This document shows, in pieces, positions 8,891-15,987 of a DNA stretch of 64,000 nucleotides. The stretch spans positions 13,015 to 77,014 of the forward strand of contig JBFMFH010000056.1 in the NCBI GenBank assembly GCA_040752275.1, written 5' to 3'. Source of the DNA: Acidobacteriota bacterium. GTDB taxonomy: Bacteria > Acidobacteriota > Vicinamibacteria > Vicinamibacterales > JAKQTR01. Each line of letters opens with the position of its first letter. Position 1 is the first letter of the stretch. Both the position numbers and the translations under genes were made by a program. Under the pieces are notes generated by a model, which worked only from the letters and a program-made list of their open reading frames with translations, did no database searches and was not told the origin of the DNA.

Positions 8891-9454
8891 CTACGGCACT
8901 GTCCGGAAAGGCACGCCGCGGCGGGCGGCCATCTCGCGGCCGACCGACTCCAACTCGTCGCGGCGCAGCACCCGGCCGGCGAGCGGGAACAGTTGCTGCT
9001 CCTCGACGGCGATGTGGCGGGTGTACTCGGCCTGCAGCTCTTCGAGGGTTTGCAGCAGGGCAGCGGCCTCTACCACCGGCAGCGTGCCGGCGGTCATCCA
9101 GACGCGAAAGCCGGCGTCCACTGCGGCGTGCTTCGCCTCGGCCGCTCGGTGATCGGCCTCCAGTTCGTCGAGCACCCGCCTGGCTCCATCGACCTCAGGC
9201 CCTGTGCAGGTGCGGAGGCGCGGGAAGAGGCTGACCTCCTCATCGGCGGTGTGCCGCGGTGCCGCCGAGCGGAAGTACAGGAGAGCCTGTTCGGCGACTC
9301 TCCGCTCCTCCTCGGGGATCGCGCCACCACACCGGTTCTGAGCGACGGTCAGCAGCACTGAGAGGAAGTGCTCGATGCGGCGATGGCAGTCGCTGAGCAG
9401 GCCCAGTGGCTGGTCAAACCCATGGCCGACCGACTGGCGAATCTGAACGAACAT
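8891..9454 (-). CDS. Hemerythrin (HHE cation-binding) domain protein
   Basis: Repeated H/E ligand motifs: DCHRRIEHF, HTADEEVSLFP, DHRAAEAKH, HIAVEEQQLFP. Confidence 0.8.
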   Translation of the reverse strand: MFVQIRQSVGHGFDQPLGLLSDCHRRIEHFLSVLLTVAQNRCGGAIPEEERRVAEQALLYFRSAAPRHTADEEVSLFPRLRTCTGPEVDGARRVLDELEADHRAAEAKHAAVDAGFRVWMTAGTLPVVEAAALLQTLEELQAEYTRHIAVEEQQLFPLAGRVLRRDELESVGREMAARRGVPFRTVP

Positions 9455-9618
9455 GGGATCAATGTACCACGCGTCCGAGGGCTTCGCTGGCTGCCGCCGG
9501 AATGCGCCACCGCCGCTGACCGACCGCCTGCCGGAAGTCGTGGCGGTGATCCCGAGGGAGTGACCCGCCTGATTGCATGTAGAATGGCCTCACGAACGTT
9601 CCACCGGAGAATCCGACG

Positions 9619-10077
9619 ATGACCGATGCCCCCAATGCCGTCCGGTTGCACCGCGTGCTCCGGGCCGCGCCTGAGCGCGTCTATCGCGCCTTCCTCGATC
9701 CCGACGCGATGGTGAAGTGGTTGCCGCCCCACGGTTTCACGGGCAGGGTTCATCACATGGACGCCCGGGTCGGGGGTGGCTACAAGATGTCGTTCACCAA
9801 CTTCGGCACAGGCCGGAGCCACGCATTCGGCGGCACGTACGTCGAGCTGAGGCCGCATGAGCTGATCCGGTACACCGACCGGTTCGACGATCCCGGTCTC
9901 CCGGGCGAGATGCAGGTCACCGTCGCCCTGCGGGCCGTAGCCTGCGGCACCGAGGTGACGATCGTTCAGGAAGGACTGCCGACGGTCATTCCGGTGGAGT
10001 TCTGCTACCTCGGCTGGCAGGAGTCGTTGTCGCAGATGGCTCCGCTGGTCGAACCGGACATCCCTGACGGTGCGTAG
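9619..10077 (+). CDS. SRPBCC/AHSA1-family (activator of Hsp90 ATPase homolog 1-like) protein
   Basis: RAAPERVYRAFLDPDAMVKWLPPHGF...RVGGGYKMSFTNF...HAFGGTYVELRPHELIRYTDRFDDP pattern, with a typical size of 152 aa. Confidence 0.75.
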   Translation: MTDAPNAVRLHRVLRAAPERVYRAFLDPDAMVKWLPPHGFTGRVHHMDARVGGGYKMSFTNFGTGRSHAFGGTYVELRPHELIRYTDRFDDPGLPGEMQVTVALRAVACGTEVTIVQEGLPTVIPVEFCYLGWQESLSQMAPLVEPDIPDGA

Positions 10078-10273
10078 AAGCCGCAGTCTCTGAGCCGCCC
10101 ACGGATGCCGCCGTCCGTTCCCAGCGCCGCTGGTGTGCACCTCCACGCTGACGGCCGGACGGCGAATCTCGTACGAGCTTGATGTGGCTGCCGTGCTGCG
10201 CGGCGACACGAAAGCCGAAACCTCGGAAGATACTGACGACCTCATCGCCGGAAAGCCTAGGGACCTTCGGCAT
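9986..10273 (-). CDS. hicA: HicA-like mRNA interferase toxin, probably frameshifted in its C-terminal half
   Basis: The N-terminal 43 aa, MPKVPRLSGDEVVSIFRGFGFRVAAQHGSHIKL, fit the HicA/YcfA pattern. The remaining 50 aa are low-complexity and overlap the convergent gene by 92 nt. Confidence 0.55.
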   Translation of the reverse strand: MPKVPRLSGDEVVSIFRGFGFRVAAQHGSHIKLVRDSPSGRQRGGAHQRRWERTAASVGGSETAASTHRQGCPVRPAEPSATTTPASRGSRTPPE

Positions 10274-10502
10274 TCGACGGTTGCACCTCGATCGTCACGA
10301 GCAGCGTCGGACGCCGTCGCAGGCCGAAGTCAGCGGGGTCTTCGCCATTAAGGTGGAGAGCGACCGCCCCGCGCAGGTTCTCGATGGTCTCATCGACGGT
10401 AGCGCCTTGCGTGACCACCGCAACTTCCAGGCACTCACCAATGAAACCGGAGGTATCGCCGCGTCGGATCGTCGCGGTGATGTTCTGGCGCAACTCAGGC
10501 AT
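10257..10502 (-). CDS. hicB: HicB-like antitoxin (UPF0150 fold)
   Basis: FIGECLEVAVVTQGATVDETIENLRGAVALHL matches the HicB N-domain pattern. It overlaps the hicA start by 17 nt. The start at 10502 was chosen for its GAGGGAAG upstream; 10532 and 10598 are also possible. Confidence 0.6.
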   Translation of the reverse strand: MPELRQNITATIRRGDTSGFIGECLEVAVVTQGATVDETIENLRGAVALHLNGEDPADFGLRRRPTLLVTIEVQPSNAEGP

Positions 10503-10730
10503 CGCTTCCCTCGGGACAATTGTCGCCCGCATGCCGACCGGCAACTGCCAAGAGCCCCGCCTCGTCCTGGGCCGGGCGGCAAGAACGTGCCAAGACATGC
10601 AGGTCGGGTCACGTCGTCTCGTCTCCTCCCAGTCGCAGATGTTTCCGGCCCTTCAGGGTCTCGACCCAGCGCGGGGCCATCTGGTGGCGGTTGCTCGCGT
10701 AGAGAGCACCAATGCCCGCTTGCTGCGCAG

Positions 10731-11648
10731 TCATGGTTCCCGCTCCTGGACATGGTCGAATCTCTGGCGAATCTCCAGCCTCAATCGCTCGGCGAGCTGT
10801 TCGTTCCATCCGCCCTTGGCATCGGCGATGACCTGTTGTTCGAGATCGGTCAGTTCACGAAGACACGCGAACCGCGTCTCGATCGAAGCGAGGACGTCCT
10901 CGGGATCGACTCGATCGGCGGATCGGATCAAACGCCGCAGGTCATCCCAATCGTGGGACCCGGCCCGTAGCTTCGTGAAGAAGGCGTCTGGGTCAAACGG
11001 ATCCCGCACCTGCCACAGTTTCAGGGTGACCAGGCCGCGAAGTAGTTCACCGTCGAATCGCGTCGCGGCGAATCGGTGCAGGTCGTACAGATCGCGGACC
11101 TTGACCCGCTGGAACGCTGCCCGCACCTTCTCGGCGATCATCTCGATCGGCTGCAACGCCCGAACCGAGAATGCAGGGAACTCGAGCTGGCTGAAATAGC
11201 TCTGCGACTGCATGGCCCGGATCGCGACTGCCAACGTCGGCCCTTCGCGCAGGCTCACTTGGAGACGGAAGCGGCCAGCGTTGTTCCACGCGTGCCTGTA
11301 CAGCACATCGCCGCCGAAGGACGTGTCGCCATCCGTCTTGTAGTAGTCCTCGAACACAAAGGCGATGCCGAAATGCTCGCGGTTGAACACCTGCACCAAC
11401 GCCACGAGAACGTCATCGTCCTGCTTCCGTGTGGCCAGGGTGAAGTCGAGGTCTTCGGAAAACCGACCGCTGGAACCGAAGATCAGTTTGGGCAGGCTCG
11501 TGCCGCCCTTGAAGGCGAGATTCTCCATCACGCCTGCGTCGAGCAGGGCGTGTAGGGCGTAGGTGAGGACGACGTCGCGCTCGGCCACGAACTTGTCGCG
11601 CACGCCGCTGTTGCGCGAATAGAGATCGACGAACTTGTCGGCGATCAA
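10731..11648 (-). CDS. AbiEii/AbiGii-family nucleotidyltransferase toxin (type IV TA / abortive infection)
   Basis: LAFKGGTSLPKL...GRFSEDLDFT signature plus a C-terminal helical region. There is a 4-nt overlap with the upstream AbiEi gene. Confidence 0.85.
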   Translation of the reverse strand: MIADKFVDLYSRNSGVRDKFVAERDVVLTYALHALLDAGVMENLAFKGGTSLPKLIFGSSGRFSEDLDFTLATRKQDDDVLVALVQVFNREHFGIAFVFEDYYKTDGDTSFGGDVLYRHAWNNAGRFRLQVSLREGPTLAVAIRAMQSQSYFSQLEFPAFSVRALQPIEMIAEKVRAAFQRVKVRDLYDLHRFAATRFDGELLRGLVTLKLWQVRDPFDPDAFFTKLRAGSHDWDDLRRLIRSADRVDPEDVLASIETRFACLRELTDLEQQVIADAKGGWNEQLAERLRLEIRQRFDHVQEREP

Positions 11649-12517
11649 CGGACAGGCCCCGTGGATGGAAGGACCACTCGTCGACCGGGCTTCTCGTTAC
11701 CCGATAGCAGAACGTCGCGCGGCACGTTTTCGACCACGTTCCACGGCTTGGCCAGCCGCCCGGTCGTGCCCCATCTGCGGCGGGAGCCTACGTGGATCTT
11801 GCTGTGGGGGACGATCAGTCTGAGCATGGCCGACCTCGTCGCCGCAGGAATCTGGGCCTGATGCAGGTCGAGGTAGTAGCCGAGACGCTGGACGAGTGCC
11901 GACGAGTTCCACGCACGAGCGTATTCGACAAGTCTCCTCCAGGATACACGCCGCGCCGCACGTCCCACGATGCTCGAGACCTCTCCCATGCCGCCGGCGA
12001 ATTGCGGTCGGTCGATCGCATCGAGCAACGCCCGTTCAAGCGTCGCCATCTGAACCGCCGATCCCAGCGCGGAGGTCTCCTCAAAGCCGAAGAACCGGTT
12101 CGCCCGCACGTGAACGAAGACGTAACGCACGGCTCGGATGGACTCCGCTGGGCGTCGCTGTCGGCAGGCGACGTACACCTCGGCGAATCTCTGCTCAGTG
12201 AGCCCGTGGTGCGTGCACGCCGTGCCGAAGGAGAAGAAGTAAGGCGCGGCCAGGACTGCGCCGGCGGCCAGCGGATTGGTGTCCGCCACTCCGTCGACGC
12301 CGCGATCAGCGGGAACAAGTTGGAACAAGCCGGGCCGCAAGCGTTCGAGCCAGCCCTTCTTCACCAGTCCGTGAGCCAGGTGCCTGGCATAGCCGTCGGA
12401 CGCGCCGACGATCCGGCGGATGTGCTCCAGCGTTGCTGTTTTCTCGCCTCGCCATTCGAGGTCGAGGACGATCTGGGCTTCGTTCTTCGAGAGTGTGCGG
12501 TTCATGGTTGCAGACAT
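11645..12517 (-). CDS. AbiEi-family antitoxin/transcriptional regulator
   Basis: N-terminal winged-helix-like region (EAQIVLDLEWRGEKTATLEHIRRIV...LVKKGWLERLRPGLFQLVP) and a position upstream of AbiEii. The start is uncertain: ATG at 12517, ATG at 12505, or the track's TTG at 12553. Confidence 0.75.
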   Translation of the reverse strand: MSATMNRTLSKNEAQIVLDLEWRGEKTATLEHIRRIVGASDGYARHLAHGLVKKGWLERLRPGLFQLVPADRGVDGVADTNPLAAGAVLAAPYFFSFGTACTHHGLTEQRFAEVYVACRQRRPAESIRAVRYVFVHVRANRFFGFEETSALGSAVQMATLERALLDAIDRPQFAGGMGEVSSIVGRAARRVSWRRLVEYARAWNSSALVQRLGYYLDLHQAQIPAATRSAMLRLIVPHSKIHVGSRRRWGTTGRLAKPWNVVENVPRDVLLSGNEKPGRRVVLPSTGPVR

Positions 12518-12524
12518 CGCATCG

Positions 12525-12543
12525 CGTTTGTATGTTACAAACG
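12525..12543 (-). promoter_or_regulatory. Perfect 8-bp inverted repeat (CGTTTGTA-TGT-TACAAACG) just upstream of abiEi; candidate autoregulatory operator next to a TATGAT -10-like hexamer (12545-12550)
   Basis: The palindrome was read directly. AbiEi antitoxins are known to autorepress through inverted repeats in their promoters. Confidence 0.4.
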
Positions 12544-12645
12544 AATCATACAAGCAGCAACCAGAGTCGACACTGGGGAAACCAGGTTCAGGCTGGAACA
12601 GGGTCTGAGCCTAGGCCATAAGTGATGTGCTATCAATACTTTGCA

Positions 12646-12669
12646 TGGTGGAGGCGGCGGGAGTCGGAC
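12646..12669 (-). repeat. Duplicate of the ssrA 3' end (att-like direct repeat, 23 of 24 nt identical to 15336-15359)
   Basis: tggtggaggcggcgggagtcgGac here versus tggtggaggcggcgggagtcgAac at the tmRNA 3' terminus. Confidence 0.85.
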
Positions 12670-12844
12670 TTGACACGGTCTTCAGAAACCGGCCTGTCTC
12701 TGCATTCTTGCCGAAAATCGCGCCCGCGCAACACGCGCGTCCCGCGGAACACGCGTTCCATAGCCCCAAATCAGCCCCAGCGGAAGGAGGGCTCCGTAAG
12801 GCGCCGGCTCAGCGTGCTATGATCCGCATCAATCTGCACACTCT

Positions 12845-13033
12845 GTGGTCGTCACCAAGGACGCCGACTTCGTCAGTTCTCACGTCATCTCCGGGAGCCC
12901 GGCGCGCCTATTGCCGGTGTCGACCGGCAACATCGGGAACGACGAACTGGAAGTCCGCCTCCTCGCGCAGTTGACTCCGATCGAGGACTGCCCGATGGCG
13001 CCCGGCTTTGTTGTCGTTGACGGAACTGGTCGG
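12845..13033 (+). pseudogene. C-terminal remnant of a DUF5615 (PIN-like) toxin gene
   Basis: VVTKDADFVSS...ARLLPVSTGNIGNDELEVRLL...GFVVVD parallels the C-terminal half of the intact DUF5615 protein at 13833-14207. No N-terminal half is present, and an in-frame stop lies at 12797-12799. Confidence 0.6.
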
Positions 13034-13135
13034 CGTGATGCGGGCGCGGGTGGAGTACTTACGCAATTCCGCCATCTCGAGGCGCGTCAGCGGGCGGTCG
13101 ACGGCCTGGAACTCGTAGTACTGGAACTCGCTCAT
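13025..13135 (-). pseudogene. N-terminal remnant (about 37 codons) of a conserved hypothetical gene starting MSEFQYYEFQAVDRPLT
   Basis: MSEFQYYEFQAVDRPLTRLEMAELRKYSTRARITPTS is a recognisable conserved N-terminus. The reading frame then runs into the antisense of the neighbouring remnant. Confidence 0.5.
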
Positions 13136-13321
13136 CACGCACCATCCTCGCACCCTTGCCCGACATCCTCGGGGCGACCCGATTCCGCGGATTCTCCCAC
13201 AGAATCGAATCGTTACGCCGCACCTGATCCCGGCTAGACTTGGCTAGACTGACCCTCGTGCCGAGCAGACCGATACCCTTGCTCGTCTCGCAGGCGTCGC
13301 CGCCCCACGATCCGCGATGGC

Positions 13322-13693
13322 GTGGATGTGCCGCTGGCGAGACTGTTCGTGCACGCGGCGCGCGCGGTGCCGCCCGATGCCGAAGGTGCGGCACGCGCCC
13401 GCAGCGCCACGGAGGAGTTCCTGTTCCAGCGATTGGAAACGCTCCCCGAGACCAAGGGGCGGTTCGTGCTGAACGAGCCCCTGGTAATCCCGTTCGACCA
13501 ACAGGGGCGCTTGGAGGTTGACCTGCTGTGCGCAGATGCCCGCATGGCTGTTGAGCTGGACGGCGGTCAGCACCTCGGAGATCCGGAGGCCTACCGGCGA
13601 GACCGCAGGAAGGACCAATTGCTGCAGGAGCACGGCTACTTCGTGCTGCGGTTCCTGGCCGAGGATGTCGGGAAGTGCCTCGACCAGGTCTAG
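13322..13693 (+). CDS. DUF559 (Vsr/endonuclease-like) domain protein
   Basis: LEVDLLCADARMAVELDGGQH...YRRDRRKDQLLQEHGYFVLRFLAEDV core. GTG start. Confidence 0.75.
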   Translation: MDVPLARLFVHAARAVPPDAEGAARARSATEEFLFQRLETLPETKGRFVLNEPLVIPFDQQGRLEVDLLCADARMAVELDGGQHLGDPEAYRRDRRKDQLLQEHGYFVLRFLAEDVGKCLDQV

Positions 13694-13832
13694 GACGCGA
13701 TTCTGCGGACGATGTCCGGCAGACGCCGCTCGCACGCTGTGGACGGGCGCACGTGAACAGCCTCGGGTCACTTCGGGCCAGACGCGAAGACATCCACCGC
13801 ATTTCGATGCGGCACGGAGCCAAAGAAAGGGT

Positions 13833-14207
13833 TCAGTCGGTGCCGACCGGCAGTCTCCGGATGCGAATGCGAGTGTCGTAGAACGCCACCACCGCCCCTC
13901 GATCCAGTTCGGGCGCAACGGCCGGCAGATTGGCAATCAGCAGATCGGCCTGTAACGAGGGGCGCCGTGGTGTGCCGCGTCTGAACAGAATCACCGACGG
14001 CTTGGTCTCGTTCCGAACAGCCAGGATTGCGCCGAAGTCGGTGTCCGCAGACAGAATCACGCGTCCCTCAGCCTTCGCGATGTCGACGAGTACTTCGTCG
14101 TCGGCCTGGTGCAAGCCTCGATCGCGCACGTGTACCGCGTCGTGGCCGGCGGCATTCAGTGCCTCCGCCACGAGCGGCGAGACGGGGTTGTCCACCAGGA
14201 ATCTCAC
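13833..14207 (-). CDS. DUF5615 (PIN-like) putative toxin
   Basis: MRFLVDNPVSPLVAEALNAAGHDAVHVRD...ILSADTDFG pattern. There is a 4-nt overlap with the upstream DUF433 gene. Confidence 0.8.
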   Translation of the reverse strand: MRFLVDNPVSPLVAEALNAAGHDAVHVRDRGLHQADDEVLVDIAKAEGRVILSADTDFGAILAVRNETKPSVILFRRGTPRRPSLQADLLIANLPAVAPELDRGAVVAFYDTRIRIRRLPVGTD

Positions 14208-14434
14208 AGCGTCGACGCAAGCGGAAGTTCGCGCTCCCTGACGGCCGCCGCCGCAAACCGGAGCGCTTCCCGTACATCGGCCTCGTCGAGATCGGGGTAC
14301 GCGGCGAGGATCTCATCGGTGGTCATCCCCTCAGCGACCATGCCTACCACCGTCGCGACGGGGATTCTGAGCCGCCGGATACAGGCGACGCCGCCGAGTT
14401 GACGCGGATCCGCGGTGATCCGAGTGAATTCCAT
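14204..14434 (-). CDS. DUF433 putative antitoxin
   Basis: ITADPRQLGGVACIRRLRIPVATVVGMVAEGMTTDEILAAYPDLDEADVREAL is the DUF433 pattern. The start was trimmed to the ATG at 14434. Confidence 0.8.
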   Translation of the reverse strand: MEFTRITADPRQLGGVACIRRLRIPVATVVGMVAEGMTTDEILAAYPDLDEADVREALRFAAAAVRERELPLASTL

Positions 14435-14707
14435 GGTGCCCTCGCGCAAGGTGTTCAAGGACGCTGACTCGATAGGCCAGTATAACCCCGCGGGGAAGCC
14501 TGGCGCCTCGGTCGCGCCCCCGAGACTTGTCCCGCTGGATCGGGAGGCGGCGGGAAACGAGCTCGCATCAGGTGACGCCTGAACGTGTCGCGGCGGCCAT
14601 CGCGGCACCGACGCGATTTGTTCCGCAATTCACGCCCAACAACACAGACTCGTCCGCTATGTGCGGAATCTGCGGGTCTCGCTTGTACGCCAGCATTCCG
14701 CGAACGG

Positions 14708-14959
14708 TTACACCGCGAAGTGGCGCCGCGAGAAGGCGCGACCGGAAGGGCTCTTCAGGTAGCGTTCAAACGCAGCGGCTCGGCCTTCGTCTTCGAATTC
14801 GATGCGCGTGGTCACGGCCCACGGTCGGAACTTCGCTGTGAACGGGGAGGCGCCCGCGTTGTGGGCCTCCAGCCGCCCGTCGATGTCAGACGTCAACCCA
14901 ACGTACTGACGTGCTGGCTCTTTGAAGCTGCGCAGGATGTAGACGAAACGCTTGGGCAT
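14708..14959 (-). CDS. Small GIY-YIG nuclease-superfamily protein (UPF0213-like)
   Basis: FVYILRS...YVGLTSDIDGRLEAHN...FTAKFRPW. The start was trimmed to the ATG at 14959 (MPKRFVYIL). Confidence 0.8.
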   Translation of the reverse strand: MPKRFVYILRSFKEPARQYVGLTSDIDGRLEAHNAGASPFTAKFRPWAVTTRIEFEDEGRAAAFERYLKSPSGRAFSRRHFAV

Positions 14960-15084
14960 GCGAGTGACGAAGGCAAGAGCCAGGCCAGTCGGACGAGAGT
15001 CTGGCAACAGCGAGTTCGTGGGGCTCGGTTGTTCCAGATGGCAGATCCTGCGACACCGGACGCGCCGAGGGTGTTGCAGATCTT

Positions 15085-15149
15085 GCCCGCCTTCGCTGCG
15101 GTCCGGCTCGGTATCTTCCTCCCGCAGCTACGGCGCGGCACCAGCCTTC
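15085..15149 (+). repeat. 65-bp direct repeat, copy 1 (contains a GCTGCGG...CCGCAGC inverted repeat)
   Basis: Identical to 15202-15266 except for one base (ctcgGtatc versus ctcgAtatc). Confidence 0.9.
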
Positions 15150-15201
15150 TCGTGAGCCTTGTTGGGACGCAGGCAGGCGGGTTCGACCGACGGAGGGAGG
15201 G

Positions 15202-15266
15202 GCCCGCCTTCGCTGCGGTCCGGCTCGATATCTTCCTCCCGCAGCTACGGCGCGGCACCAGCCTTC
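15202..15266 (+). repeat. 65-bp direct repeat, copy 2
   Basis: See copy 1. Its distal end (caccagccttcgc) is also an inverted match to gcgaaggctggtg, which spans the tmRNA 3' terminus (15328-15340). Confidence 0.9.
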
Positions 15267-15335
15267 GCCTCTGGGCTGGCTTGCCGAGCCGAAGCTCACC
15301 TGAGGAGAGCGGCAAGCCCGAAGGTGAGCGAAGGC

Positions 15336-15691
15336 TGGTGGAGGCGGCGGGAGTCGAACCCGCGTCCGAAAGCGCGTCGCCGAAGGACTCTACATGCGTG
15401 TCCGCTCTTGAAGGGTTCGCCGGCTGCGTGAAAGAACGGCGAGAAACCGCCGCCGGCTAGCTCCGAGACGCCTTCGCCGCCGCGCGTCGGAACCGCGCGC
15501 CGCGACTAGCCTGCGAAGATGACATCCAGTTCCGCCGTGCAGGCCCGGACGGAGTGGACGTCGCGGTTAGTTAAGCCGCGAGTGCGAGCTGCGTGTCCGC
15601 AGTTACGTTGTGTTCCACCGGATTTACGAGTCAGTGGAGCTCGGCATGCATCCCTCGGTCCTGCACCCCCGTCGAAGCCAGAATCGCCCCC
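15336..15691 (-). ncRNA. ssrA: tmRNA (transfer-messenger RNA)
   Basis: On the minus strand the 5' end is GGGGGCGAUUCUGGCUUCGACGGGGG and the 3' end is GGUUCGACUCCCGCCGCCUCCACCA. The acceptor stem has a G3:U pair. An internal tag reading frame reads ...GCG GAC ACG CAG CUC GCA CUC GCG GCU UAA (ADTQLALAA*); the resume codon is not certain. Confidence 0.93.
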
Positions 15692-15987
15692 ACGTCAGGT
15701 TGGCGCAAGCCCGCGGCACCACCTCCAGTGTACAGGGGCCGACGCAGGCGGTCAAAGCCATCCACCGCCATCCATCGCGCCGGGTGCGTGTGACCCGGAG
15801 ACGTATCCTCGTGCCTTGAAGCGGGTTGCCCACCGACAAGGCGAAGAGAGATGAGAGGCCAGCCGGTCCAACCTCCTCTCGGGACTGAACTTGTGGCCCT
15901 GAAGCGCCGAGAAGTGTACCTTGACGCGGGTGCCGCCGGCTTCCATAATTCGAAGCAGTCGCTGAGAGACACGAGACAGGTTCGACC

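Noticed and set aside
9349-10245. 298-aa ORF antisense to the SRPBCC gene, overlapping hicA in another reading frame on the same strand
   Set aside because: It has no motifs of its own, and part of its translation (VSVEVHTSG...) is better explained as a shifted frame of the degraded hicA gene.
12646-12669. Possible tRNA gene or fragment at the ssrA 3'-end duplicate
   Set aside because: Only 24 nt match (T-arm/acceptor 3' strand), and no cloverleaf can be drawn from the flanking sequence. I interpret it as an att-type duplication instead.
12670-15335. Search for an integrase, recombinase or transposase that would make the islet an active mobile element
   Set aside because: No ORF in any frame showed tyrosine-recombinase (R..H.xR..Y), serine-recombinase or DDE patterns that I could recognise. 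The islet is therefore reported as a remnant, not as an active mobile element.
14585-15460. ORFs 14585-15460 (+), 15159-15431 (+) and 14886-15315 (-) crossing the 65-bp repeats and the tmRNA 3' end
   Set aside because: Their only notable feature (repeated SLRSGS.SSSRSYGAAPAF or WCRAVAAGGRYRAGPQRRRA) comes from translating the DNA repeats. They overlap the tmRNA and the GIY-YIG gene.
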